Assembly (NCBI GenBank): GCA_005877075.1
Contig: VBPX01000030.1
Span: 9,227 to 73,226 of the forward strand
DNA length: 64,000 nt
Direction of reading: 5' to 3'
From: Nitrososphaerota archaeon
GTDB taxonomy: Archaea; Thermoproteota; Nitrososphaeria; Nitrososphaerales; Nitrososphaeraceae
The position numbers and the translations under genes are program-made. Numbering within the stretch: position 1 is the stretch's first letter; each line of letters starts with the position of its first letter. The notes below the pieces were generated by a model. The model did not search any database. It was given only the letters and a program-made list of their open reading frames with translations, and had not been told where the DNA came from. Shown piece by piece: positions 10,429 through 19,582 of the stretch.

Positions 10429-11156
10429 TCCTTAATAGCCCACACTATGGCAGCAGTCCCACAAGTGCAATACTTTTTCGATATTAAACTAAAGCCAGTC
10501 AAATCAAGCTCTTTGAGAAGACTGTTCACCCACTGATTTCTTTGTATAACTTTATCCAGGTTAGAAAAAACATCTCTCCAAGAGGGGATTACCTTTCCAA
10601 ACTGGTTCAGGATTCGAAAATAAGCATGCCATAATATTTTCATGATTTTAAAATGAGGATAGGTAAAGTCATGGAAGATTACTGTTCCTCCTTTTCTCAA
10701 AACACGCCAATGCTCCTTTACCATGGCAGAGATATTAGAATATTTAGCTAGATATGATGACAATATAACGTCAAAGCTATCATTTTTGTATGGTAGAAAT
10801 TCTGCTAACGAATTGGTCAAAAGCAAATATTTTTGTCTACTCTTCGCATGTTTCAGATATTCAAATGTTAGATCGGTTCCAACAATTCTAGACTGGGCGG
10901 ATTTTTGACGGATATATGAAGACAGGATCCCTGTCCCACACGCTAAATCAAGAATTAGTTTATTTTTTCCGCCAAGTAATGCTACCATTTCCTTCTTCCA
11001 TAAAGAATCCTTATAGAAAGTAGCCAATCTTACAGTCTTGTCATAACTTGATGCATTCTCAGATGAGAAAAATTTTCTTGCTATTAAGTGTCCATTTGAG
11101 CTCAATATTTCATCATTATTTGTAAATCCATGAATATTAAATGTACTAGTTCTCAA
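10425..11156 (-). CDS. Class I SAM-dependent methyltransferase, UbiE/MenG-like
   Basis: 243 aa with SAM motif I LDLACGTGILS, UbiE-like N-terminal YDKTVRLATFYKDSLWKKE block, and LRKGGTVIFHDF post-I region. Confidence 0.75.
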   Translation of the reverse strand: MRTSTFNIHGFTNNDEILSSNGHLIARKFFSSENASSYDKTVRLATFYKDSLWKKEMVALLGGKNKLILDLACGTGILSSYIRQKSAQSRIVGTDLTFEYLKHAKSRQKYLLLTNSLAEFLPYKNDSFDVILSSYLAKYSNISAMVKEHWRVLRKGGTVIFHDFTYPHFKIMKILWHAYFRILNQFGKVIPSWRDVFSNLDKVIQRNQWVNSLLKELDLTGFSLISKKYCTCGTAAIVWAIKE

Positions 11157-11681
11157 ATATTTAAAAATGAATAATTCTCAAATTGCGATTCTATTATAGA
11201 TGTAAGAATCAATATCCCCCGAATAAAGCTTGTATTCAAGTAAGAAATAGATAGATTATTCGTTCAAAATAACAATTTAGTATTTCCCGCTAGAAAGAAG
11301 TACTTTTTGTTTGTTTGAAAAATAGCTATGTCTTTGCATGCATTTCCAGCAAATTATCTATTGAATTCTGACCAGGGAATTTCCCTTAAAGTTAGTAATT
11401 TACCCTTTTATCACAGATTTATAATAGCACAATCCTTGTTTGTAATCTCTTTGCACCTTGCACTATGACGCCATTGACCATTCATAAAGTATTCTAAATG
11501 TTTAATGTTATCTCTATTAGTAATAACACGTTGCTGCCCATTTTTGGCAGACGCTGATTTGGCCATCATTTCTATCATTTTCACAAATTACGGACATATT
11601 AAAGAAGTCATTGGTGCAGTTTATTCCCTGCGATAGAGATAAAATAATAATATATTATATATCCCTTGTTACAAATATTAA

Positions 11682-12026
11682 TTGATTCTTTTGACTCGAA
11701 ATGATTTTCCCATGAAAGATTGGCATATTAAACATATGGAAAACACAGTTATCAAGCATGTTAAGGGACTCTCACCTGATGCTACTCGATATCAGAAAAA
11801 GATGCATTATAAATATGGAGGAATAGTAAAGATATTACGATATATTGAATATGATAAAAAACATGGAGTAAAAAATGAGGATGTTATTGCAATTTTAGAG
11901 AAGCTCCGAACAGATAGCTCGTTTGAAGATATTCGGGGTATCGAAGGGTTCCTGGATAGATTAAAAGAAATCGAATCATCGATTGCGAATGCCCCTGCAA
12001 CGAAGATTTTAACTAGAAATAGTTAA
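11682..12026 (+). CDS. Hypothetical protein
   Basis: 114-aa charged ORF (likely start at internal MKDWHIKH). No family recognised. Confidence 0.4.
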   Translation: MILLTRNDFPMKDWHIKHMENTVIKHVKGLSPDATRYQKKMHYKYGGIVKILRYIEYDKKHGVKNEDVIAILEKLRTDSSFEDIRGIEGFLDRLKEIESSIANAPATKILTRNS

Positions 12027-12036
12027 TTTGGTTTCA

Positions 12037-12231
12037 TTAGTAAGAATGATTTTCGACTTTGTGCTCATGTAGGGCTTTCCAAGTCGTAAATGCAGTGTTA
12101 CATTTTTCACAACTATACTTAATTTTTCTGCCATAGACAAACTTGTTTATGTCTATAGATTCATGATCATTCTTATAACTATGTGACAGGTTAAAACGGA
12201 GAATTCTTCTAGATACTCTTACCAATTGCAA
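12037..12231 (-). CDS. Small C2H2 zinc-finger protein
   Basis: 64 aa ending in YSCEKCNTAFTTWKALHEHKVENH, which fits C-x2-C-x12-H-x4-H with the conserved aromatic/hydrophobic spacing. Confidence 0.6.
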   Translation of the reverse strand: MQLVRVSRRILRFNLSHSYKNDHESIDINKFVYGRKIKYSCEKCNTAFTTWKALHEHKVENHSY

Positions 12232-12583
12232 CCGTTAGTTCCTTCATAATACCAAACTAATTTAAACTAATAACACAATAAACATTCCATCAAATCAGGT
12301 CACCCAAACTTTACACTTGGATTTTCATAATTAATCAAGATCAAATTCATTTTCGATATAGATTGATGCCTGTCAAATTTGGAAATCTGTTATTGAACCG
12401 ATATGCTGATTTAAATGCGAATGGGATCAATTAAGATTTTCATTTATCCTACAATGTTTTTTTAATTACAAACAGCTAACATCAAATGTTTGCTGACACA
12501 CAGGTCCATGTCAAAAATTCAAAGCGCATGATTAGATATTAAATAATTCCATGAGTCAGGTGCGATGGGAAATACTATTTTGA

Positions 12584-13567
12584 TCAAATTCCCTTAATTC
12601 CTTGTGAAACTAGAACAGAATAGCATCCAAGTCCACATTGTTCACAAATTGGCTTTAGTCCTTTTGAACCGGAGCTCCCAATACAACAGGGCTCTTTGAT
12701 TCTACCTCTATGATCCAAAGAAAGTATTGCCCATGAAGGACACTGTATTGGAGTGGTTCCATTACCTCCCCAATTCCCTTTCATTAGGGATATTTGTTTC
12801 TCAGTATTTACAACATAATCGGGATATTTTTTCTTGAGTGATATTATACGATCTACTACTTCATTTCGTGTTTGTCCAAATGGTAACCACAATGGATCAT
12901 CTTTTATAAAAGGAGTATGAAACTGAAAGCCGATCTTATTGATTTTGTCCTTCCATTCTTCAAGTAGATCAGTAACTGTATTGTAATTCATTGAATTAAT
13001 AGTCATTGTTATCCAAATGTCTTTCCAGGCTGGCTTGCCTTTTCGTGGTGGACCTGATATATATTCTAAAATAGTCTTGCGTGTTTTATCATATGATCCC
13101 TCTCCTCTTATACTATCATGTACCTTTTCGGTTCCATCAAGGGATATCCAGTAAAAATATAGATTTTCGAACCTTTTAAGAGGAAAATTTCCATTTGTTA
13201 CCACACAGACCCTGCCGGGCATTTCTTCACAGAAAACTTCTATTATCTCAGGTCGCATGGTTGGTTCACCACCCACCAGCGTCACACAAAAGAGACGATG
13301 CTTCTTAAAGGTGGTCCTTATTATTGACGTCCAATCTTCTGCGCTTAATTCATTATTTTCATCTTCTCGATTGAGCCACCAATAACAATGAGTACAATGT
13401 AGATTGCAAATGTTGATTATATCTGCAGATCCATATAACGCTCTTTTCTTGTGAAATAATTTAATATCAATAATGTTACGGAAAAAGGTTAGATAAAATG
13501 GAAATTCACGTATTAAATCGGTTACACCGCGTCCGTAAACGAGATCCACCATATTTTCACATATCAA
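12584..13567 (-). CDS. Radical SAM protein with C-terminal Cys-rich (SPASM/twitch or DUF3463-like) extension
   Basis: CNLHCTHCY (CX3CX2C), LVGGEPTMRPE, WISLDGTEKVHDSIRGEGSYDK, and C-terminal CPSW...PCCIG...CEQCGLGC cluster. Confidence 0.85.
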   Translation of the reverse strand: MICENMVDLVYGRGVTDLIREFPFYLTFFRNIIDIKLFHKKRALYGSADIINICNLHCTHCYWWLNREDENNELSAEDWTSIIRTTFKKHRLFCVTLVGGEPTMRPEIIEVFCEEMPGRVCVVTNGNFPLKRFENLYFYWISLDGTEKVHDSIRGEGSYDKTRKTILEYISGPPRKGKPAWKDIWITMTINSMNYNTVTDLLEEWKDKINKIGFQFHTPFIKDDPLWLPFGQTRNEVVDRIISLKKKYPDYVVNTEKQISLMKGNWGGNGTTPIQCPSWAILSLDHRGRIKEPCCIGSSGSKGLKPICEQCGLGCYSVLVSQGIKGI

Positions 13568-13755
13568 TTTAGATAATTAAAGGTATTGAGGGAAGTTGAC
13601 ACATGAAAAAATCATCGTGCGCATAGTATTCATGTTTGAGTAACGGCTTGATGTCACATTGAATAAAAGCTGAATCGATGTCAAACAATATAAAAAATAT
13701 AAGGATTGCAGTAAAATCAAGAATTATATTAAGAGAGTCTATAAAGATGTAAGAT

Positions 13756-14625
13756 TTGTTAAATGTAGGTGTTATTATAAAACTAGAACCAGATTTTTCA
13801 GAAGGTAATGTTAGTTACAACTCTGATGGAACGCTAAATAGAGCAGAGACAAAAAACATTCTGGGTCCCCACAGCGCAGTAGCATGCAATGCTGCATTTT
13901 ACTGCAAGGTAAAGTATGGCGCACAGATTTCTATAGGTACAATGGGTCCACCCATTGCGGAAACAGCGCTCAGGCAAGCCCAAGTGTTGACTAATGCAGA
14001 AGAATTGAATCTATACAGCGATAGATTGTTTGCAGGAGCAGATACCCTCGCAACGGCAGAGGTACTCAAGAATGGAGTAGGAAAAATGTTTGGTGGTGGC
14101 ATAATTGATATTGTTTTTTCTGGACATCGTGCATCCGATGGAGAGACCGGACAGACAGGACCACAAACTGCATGGAAACTAGGATATACTTTTCTAGGAA
14201 ATGTAATAGAATTCAACATTGATTCAGACAGAAAGGTGGTAATTGCAAAAAGGCTGATTTCTCTTCAGGGAATGGATACAATAATTGAAGAAGTAGAATC
14301 TCCACTGCCTGTCTTTATAACTATCGACCCTTCTTATAGGTCAATTTACAACACTGTTTCACAAAGATTATTACTAAATAAGTTCAGAAAAGAAGGAAGA
14401 AAGCGCTCAGAAGACTATAGACAATTCTTGAAAGTTTACACTAGTAAGAATCTGGACTTAGATCCAAAACGCGTAGGACTCCAGGGTTCTCCCACAATTG
14501 TATATAGAGTAGAAAAAATTCCCAGAGCAAGGACAAATCGCAAAACGGAGATCATTGATCCATCTAATCCGAATAATATAATGCCTCTAATAACTAAAAT
14601 AATTCAACTTGCAAGAGGTAAATGA
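13756..14625 (+). CDS. etfB: Electron transfer flavoprotein beta subunit (EtfB/FixA-like)
   Basis: 289 aa with a TTG start. ETF-beta architecture (VIIKLEPD..., GADTLATAEVL, SGHRASDGETGQTGPQ). 3 nt upstream of the EtfA gene. Confidence 0.85.
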   Translation: MLNVGVIIKLEPDFSEGNVSYNSDGTLNRAETKNILGPHSAVACNAAFYCKVKYGAQISIGTMGPPIAETALRQAQVLTNAEELNLYSDRLFAGADTLATAEVLKNGVGKMFGGGIIDIVFSGHRASDGETGQTGPQTAWKLGYTFLGNVIEFNIDSDRKVVIAKRLISLQGMDTIIEEVESPLPVFITIDPSYRSIYNTVSQRLLLNKFRKEGRKRSEDYRQFLKVYTSKNLDLDPKRVGLQGSPTIVYRVEKIPRARTNRKTEIIDPSNPNNIMPLITKIIQLARGK

Positions 14626-14628
14626 AAA

Positions 14629-15852
14629 ATGTCAGTATCAGTAAGTCAAGAAAAAACAAAAAATGATATTGAAAAATACAGACATATTTATGTGATAATT
14701 GAGCATTTTGAAGGAAAAATAATACCTGTAACTTTGGAAATGTTAGGCGAAGCAAGAAGGTTAATGGATGAATTTAATCAAAAATACAATTCATCAGAAA
14801 AGGTAGTAGCTGTAGTGCTCGGCTACAATGTTAGACAATTATGTAATGATCTAGTAACGTACGGTGCAGATTCAGTAATTTACGCTGACCATGAAGAATT
14901 AAAGTATCCTATAAATGATATCGATACTAAAATAATAGCTCAGATTGCGAAAGATGCCGAGATTATGAAAAAAATATCCCCCGAGTATGAAAAAACATTT
15001 GTAAAACCAAGATACATGTTTTTTGCAGCAGACAATATCGGAAGGCATCTTTCCTCTACGGTTCTTGCCGAGCTTGATTCAGGTTTGGCATCAGATATTA
15101 ATAAACTAGTGATAAGCGACCTGGACATAAGACATGAGCATAAAACAAAGGGTCAGTCTATCAGATATGAAAAAGTTCTAGAAATGTATCGTCCCGATTT
15201 TTCTGGGTTTTTGTGGACTACAATATTATGCCTTGATAATAAAAATCCGGAAATTTTCAGGGAATATCATCCACAAGGATGTAGTATTATACCAGGAGCA
15301 TTTAAGCCAATAGAAAAAGATAGTTCAAGAAAAGGAACAATTGTAGAATATTCTCCTAATATTGACCACAATTTAAAAATTAAGATATTGAATAGAAGGG
15401 TGATCAAGAAAACAATTGATTACGAGACTTGCAAAATAGTAGTGAGCTTTGGACGAGGAATTAAAGATAATCCAGAGCAAAATATCAAGCTGGTTGAAGA
15501 GTTTGCGGAACTAATTGGTGCCGAAATAGGCATAACATTGCCCCTATCAAAAAAACCATATCAAATAAGTCAGCAGCTGGATTCAAAATATATGATTGTT
15601 GATAGAGTTATTGGCACTAGCGGTAGCAATGTTATGCCTTCTCTTTACATTGCAATAGGATTGAGTGGAGCTGTACAACACATTTCAGGAATGAAAGATT
15701 CTGAAGTAGTGATTTCCATAAATCCTGATGAAAATTCTCCTATAATAGACGAATCGGATATCTTTATAAAAGGAAGAATGGAAGATGTTCTTCCTATACT
15801 CATTGATCAAATAAAAAAGCAAATGTCTACTGTTTCGATAAGGAGTAACTAA
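14629..15852 (+). CDS. etfA: Electron transfer flavoprotein alpha subunit (EtfA/FixB-like)
   Basis: 407 aa with C-terminal FAD-binding block YIAIGLSGAVQHISGMKDSEVVISINPDENSPI...VLPIL. Confidence 0.85.
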   Translation: MSVSVSQEKTKNDIEKYRHIYVIIEHFEGKIIPVTLEMLGEARRLMDEFNQKYNSSEKVVAVVLGYNVRQLCNDLVTYGADSVIYADHEELKYPINDIDTKIIAQIAKDAEIMKKISPEYEKTFVKPRYMFFAADNIGRHLSSTVLAELDSGLASDINKLVISDLDIRHEHKTKGQSIRYEKVLEMYRPDFSGFLWTTILCLDNKNPEIFREYHPQGCSIIPGAFKPIEKDSSRKGTIVEYSPNIDHNLKIKILNRRVIKKTIDYETCKIVVSFGRGIKDNPEQNIKLVEEFAELIGAEIGITLPLSKKPYQISQQLDSKYMIVDRVIGTSGSNVMPSLYIAIGLSGAVQHISGMKDSEVVISINPDENSPIIDESDIFIKGRMEDVLPILIDQIKKQMSTVSIRSN

Positions 15853-15854
15853 AC

Positions 15855-17720
15855 TTGGAACAATTTGATGCAGTAATAATTGGTGGTGGTACAGCAGGCC
15901 TGTCAGCATTAAAAAAATTATCTGATCTTAATAAAAGTGCAATTTTGATTGAAGCAGGAAATCAGATGGGCACAAAAAATGTATCTGGTGGAATTCTATA
16001 TTCTAAGCGAGATCCAAGTACGACCATTTACAATGTTGAGGATGTTTTTGGTTCAGATTTTGTTTCAAGCGCACCGATAGAGAGATTGATAAAAAAATAT
16101 TATCTGCATGCTACTTCTAAGAGTAAAATTTTTACATTGGATCTGACTCCACTTCACGAGTACAAGACTAATTTTGGCTATTCTGTTCTTTTAAATAGAC
16201 TAGTCCCCTGGCTTGCGGAAAGAGCTTCTGAATCTGCGGAGAAACATGGTGGCGGAATAATCACTGGAGTGCATGTTTCAGATATACAGTGGATAGATGA
16301 TAAGACAATTGTTACAACAAATGAATTGGAAGAATTCCAGGCAAAGGCAATAATTGCAGCGGATGGAGTAAATTCAGAAGTAGCTGAATTAACAGCAGCT
16401 AGACATAAGTTCACACCAGAAGAACTTTACTTTGGTGTCAAAGTAATAATCAAATTACCTGAAAGGATTATTGAAGAAAGATTTAATCTAGATTCTTCAG
16501 AAGGATCAGCACATCTCTTTGCAGGTGATATCACATCGAATCTAATTGGAGGAGGATTTCTTTATACAAATCGCGAAACATTATCATTGGGAGCCGTATA
16601 TCACTACGATTCACTCCTCTCAAATCCTATAACCCCATCACAACTCATCAATCAATTAATCGAAAACTCATTAATTAGTGAGTATATCAAGGATGAGGTA
16701 CCTTTAAGAAATGACATTAAAGATCTTCCAAAAGAGGATCAACTCAAGATTCATCTAAGCGCTAGTAAACTAATGAAAACGTATGATGAATTAAGATACA
16801 AATATTTTTCCAAGAATAGTAAGGAATTAGTGGAATCTGGAAAGTTCACAAATATCGAAGAAATTAGGACCAAGATTGATAGTATTAAAAAAGACCTAAT
16901 TGAAAAATATGGAGTACAATTTGTTAATAATTACGTTGAGCTTGAGTATAGTGCGAAACTAATTCCAGATGGTAAAAGATGTCGTATGAAAAAACCTTTC
17001 TATAGAAATATATTATTCATTGGAGATGCTGCGGGTCGTGGTATATTTATAGGTCCAAAAATAGAAGGACTCAATGTCGGAATTGATGATGCAGTTAGAG
17101 CCTCTATTGCAATTTCACGTTCATTGGAAAATAGCAATTTTGGATCCGATTATATGGGGAAGTACTATGAATCCTTAATCAACGAAAGTCCATATACCAA
17201 TGATATGAAAAAAATTGATAAAGATTATTTAACTTTGTTTCTTGATATAGTAAGAAACATTTCTACTGGTTTTATTGATCCTCGATATTCTTTTGTTCTT
17301 AATCTTATGAAAAATAGTGGATTCAGAGGAATTGCTGTTGGATTGGCAAATATTTTAGGATATGATAAAATTTTACCAATCGTAGAATCAAAAAATACCT
17401 ACATCCAATTACCAATCTCCTTGGCTAACCGACTCGGAAATATATTCACTTCTTCGTATGTTCCAGCAATTCCCACATTATCAGAAAGAATTGCAAAATT
17501 ACAATACAATGACGATACCGATTCACACATAATAGTTAAGAATAAGAAAAGTGAATTTATGAAAAAACTCGTTTTACTATGTCCCACTAAGTGTTATAGC
17601 TCTGAAGAAGGAGAAGTCATACTACAACATGAGGGCTGTGTGGAATGTGGGACTTGTTCTTTTGAAACAGATTGGAAACATCCAAAAGGTGAAAAGGGAA
17701 TAATTTACAGATATGGTTAA
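15855..17720 (+). CDS. fixC: ETF-quinone oxidoreductase FixC fused to ferredoxin-like FixX
   Basis: 621 aa. N-terminus FDAVIIGGGTAGL plus AADGVNS and GDAAG flavoprotein blocks. The C-terminal ~90 aa, LCPTKCYSSEEGEVILQHEGCVECGTCSFETDWKHPKGEKGIIYRYG, matches the FixX pattern. Confidence 0.8.
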   Translation: MEQFDAVIIGGGTAGLSALKKLSDLNKSAILIEAGNQMGTKNVSGGILYSKRDPSTTIYNVEDVFGSDFVSSAPIERLIKKYYLHATSKSKIFTLDLTPLHEYKTNFGYSVLLNRLVPWLAERASESAEKHGGGIITGVHVSDIQWIDDKTIVTTNELEEFQAKAIIAADGVNSEVAELTAARHKFTPEELYFGVKVIIKLPERIIEERFNLDSSEGSAHLFAGDITSNLIGGGFLYTNRETLSLGAVYHYDSLLSNPITPSQLINQLIENSLISEYIKDEVPLRNDIKDLPKEDQLKIHLSASKLMKTYDELRYKYFSKNSKELVESGKFTNIEEIRTKIDSIKKDLIEKYGVQFVNNYVELEYSAKLIPDGKRCRMKKPFYRNILFIGDAAGRGIFIGPKIEGLNVGIDDAVRASIAISRSLENSNFGSDYMGKYYESLINESPYTNDMKKIDKDYLTLFLDIVRNISTGFIDPRYSFVLNLMKNSGFRGIAVGLANILGYDKILPIVESKNTYIQLPISLANRLGNIFTSSYVPAIPTLSERIAKLQYNDDTDSHIIVKNKKSEFMKKLVLLCPTKCYSSEEGEVILQHEGCVECGTCSFETDWKHPKGEKGIIYRYG

Positions 17721-17725
17721 AGTAT

Positions 17726-18274
17726 CTACGATTTCCACTTAATTGAACAGCCTATTGAAGGATCAAAATCTTTTTCTATTATTTCTCCGTTTAATAATTT
17801 TCTGATATTTTTTTCCATTACATGGACCTGTGGGGTCATCTCAGGTTCCATTGCATCATTTATTTTTCCATGAAACACAAGCCTCCTGTTTTGATCAAAC
17901 AAAAATGGGTCCGGCGTACAAACAGCACCATATGATTTCGCAATCTGTTGTGTCTCATCCATAAGATATGGAAAATTCAAATTATTTTGTTTTGAAAATT
18001 TAACCATGTTCTCAAAACCTTCATCTTGATAAGATGGATCATTACTATTAATTCCTACTATTTGTAATTCCGAGGTTGAAAACTTGTTTTGAAGAAATAC
18101 CAAATCAGCAATGCGTGCTTTAACATAGGGACAGTGATTGCAAATAAAAACTATCAAGAGGCACTTGCTTCTAAAATCCTCAAGAGAATAGAATTTATCG
18201 TCTGTGCCCATTAATCTGAAAGATGGTGCAGTATCATTTTTTTTTAGGGTTTGACTTGATAATGTTTTTGCCAT
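17726..18274 (-). CDS. Thioredoxin-fold redoxin (AhpC/TSA-like thiol-disulfide oxidoreductase)
   Basis: 182 aa with FICNHCPYVK CxxC-type centre and length typical of the redoxin family. Confidence 0.75.
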   Translation of the reverse strand: MAKTLSSQTLKKNDTAPSFRLMGTDDKFYSLEDFRSKCLLIVFICNHCPYVKARIADLVFLQNKFSTSELQIVGINSNDPSYQDEGFENMVKFSKQNNLNFPYLMDETQQIAKSYGAVCTPDPFLFDQNRRLVFHGKINDAMEPEMTPQVHVMEKNIRKLLNGEIIEKDFDPSIGCSIKWKS

Positions 18275-18526
18275 AAGAATATTTTCCTTACAAGACTAAT
18301 AAATTGTTCAATTAATTGTAATGCTAAAAAATACAATATGATACAAAAAATATGAAATAATAGTATCTTTCTTCTTAATTTCATTTATTTATATCGTAAT
18401 CCATTTCGATTCTTAAAATATATGTAATTATAACTAGGTATGCAATTATACTATTTTTGAATATACATTTAGCTATTAGTACTAATCGTAGCTAATGACA
18501 ATAGATAAATATTAATACAATAGTAT

Positions 18527-19480
18527 TTGTTTCAAAATTATTTGGAGGCTGAAAATATTATTAATCATATGAAAGACGAATCCTCGTTCGAAAAAATTTT
18601 AGTTATCGGCTTGGGTCAATTGGGCTTGCCAGTTGCAAAATATGTTAAGGACAAAGGATTTGATGTTTATGGTTACGACAGCAACCCGCTCGTGATGGAT
18701 AATGCTGAAAGGGAACACGGTATAAAGAAACTAGAAAATTTCAAAGACGTTGATGTTTTTGTGATATGTATCTCCACCCATAAGGAAAACGATGTTTCCA
18801 CTCCACAGGTTGATGGACTCTTGGCTTTAATAAGAAAGATATCGAAAGAGGCTACAAATGGGAAACTCGTATCTATAGAGAGCACTATACCAAGAGGTAC
18901 AACAAGGAAAATGTTTGAAATTCTTGAACATCGTTTTCACGTTGTTCATGCTCCGCATAGGTGGTATGCACTTGAAGAGGAGGTTCATGGTGTCAATCAA
19001 TTAAGGGTAATAGGAGGCGTTTGTGATTGTTGTCTTCGAACAGGTATTAGATTTTATGATGGAGTTTCGCATGGGTTAGAAAAGGAGGATTTGGAATATT
19101 ATAATGGCAATAAATCGTACAAGAGCCTTGGGATTCCGATGTATTCTGTCTCTAGCGTTGAACTAGCAGAATTGACTAAAATTATAGAAAATGCAGACAG
19201 ATATTTGCAAATTGCTTTTGCTGAAGATCTATATATGTTCTGCAAAGCAAATCAAATTTCGTTTGGAGAATTAAGAGATGCAATAAACACGAAATGGAAT
19301 GTAAACATTCTAGAACCCAGGGATGGAATAGGTGGGCATTGTATTCCAAAGGATACAAGAATGTTTTTAGAATCTTCGGAAATTAAAAGTAAAATATTGA
19401 TTGCAGCTCAGGAAGTAGACAAGGATTACAGGAAATATATTGAAAGAATGGTAAAAGATATCAATCAGATAAATCATTAA
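18527..19480 (+). CDS. UDP-glucose/GDP-mannose dehydrogenase family protein, short form lacking the C-terminal UDP-binding domain
   Basis: Rossmann VIGLGQLGLPVAKYV (likely ATG start at 18569). The catalytic-Cys block GIGGHCIPKD lies only ~45 aa before the stop. Confidence 0.7.
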   Translation: MFQNYLEAENIINHMKDESSFEKILVIGLGQLGLPVAKYVKDKGFDVYGYDSNPLVMDNAEREHGIKKLENFKDVDVFVICISTHKENDVSTPQVDGLLALIRKISKEATNGKLVSIESTIPRGTTRKMFEILEHRFHVVHAPHRWYALEEEVHGVNQLRVIGGVCDCCLRTGIRFYDGVSHGLEKEDLEYYNGNKSYKSLGIPMYSVSSVELAELTKIIENADRYLQIAFAEDLYMFCKANQISFGELRDAINTKWNVNILEPRDGIGGHCIPKDTRMFLESSEIKSKILIAAQEVDKDYRKYIERMVKDINQINH

Positions 19481-19582
19481 CGATTTCAATTAATCTTTTG
19501 TCCATAGAATAGCTCGCGATATTTTCTTTAATTGTTAATAATCAGATTGAGGTTTAAAATTTGATTTAAATATTCATAATAT

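Noticed and set aside
11411-11578. 55-codon minus-strand ORF (MIEMMAKSASAKNGQQRVITNRDNIKHLEYF...)
   Set aside because: The composition is plausible, but it is below the track cutoff, has no recognisable family and sits in a 500-nt spacer. Evidence is insufficient to call it.
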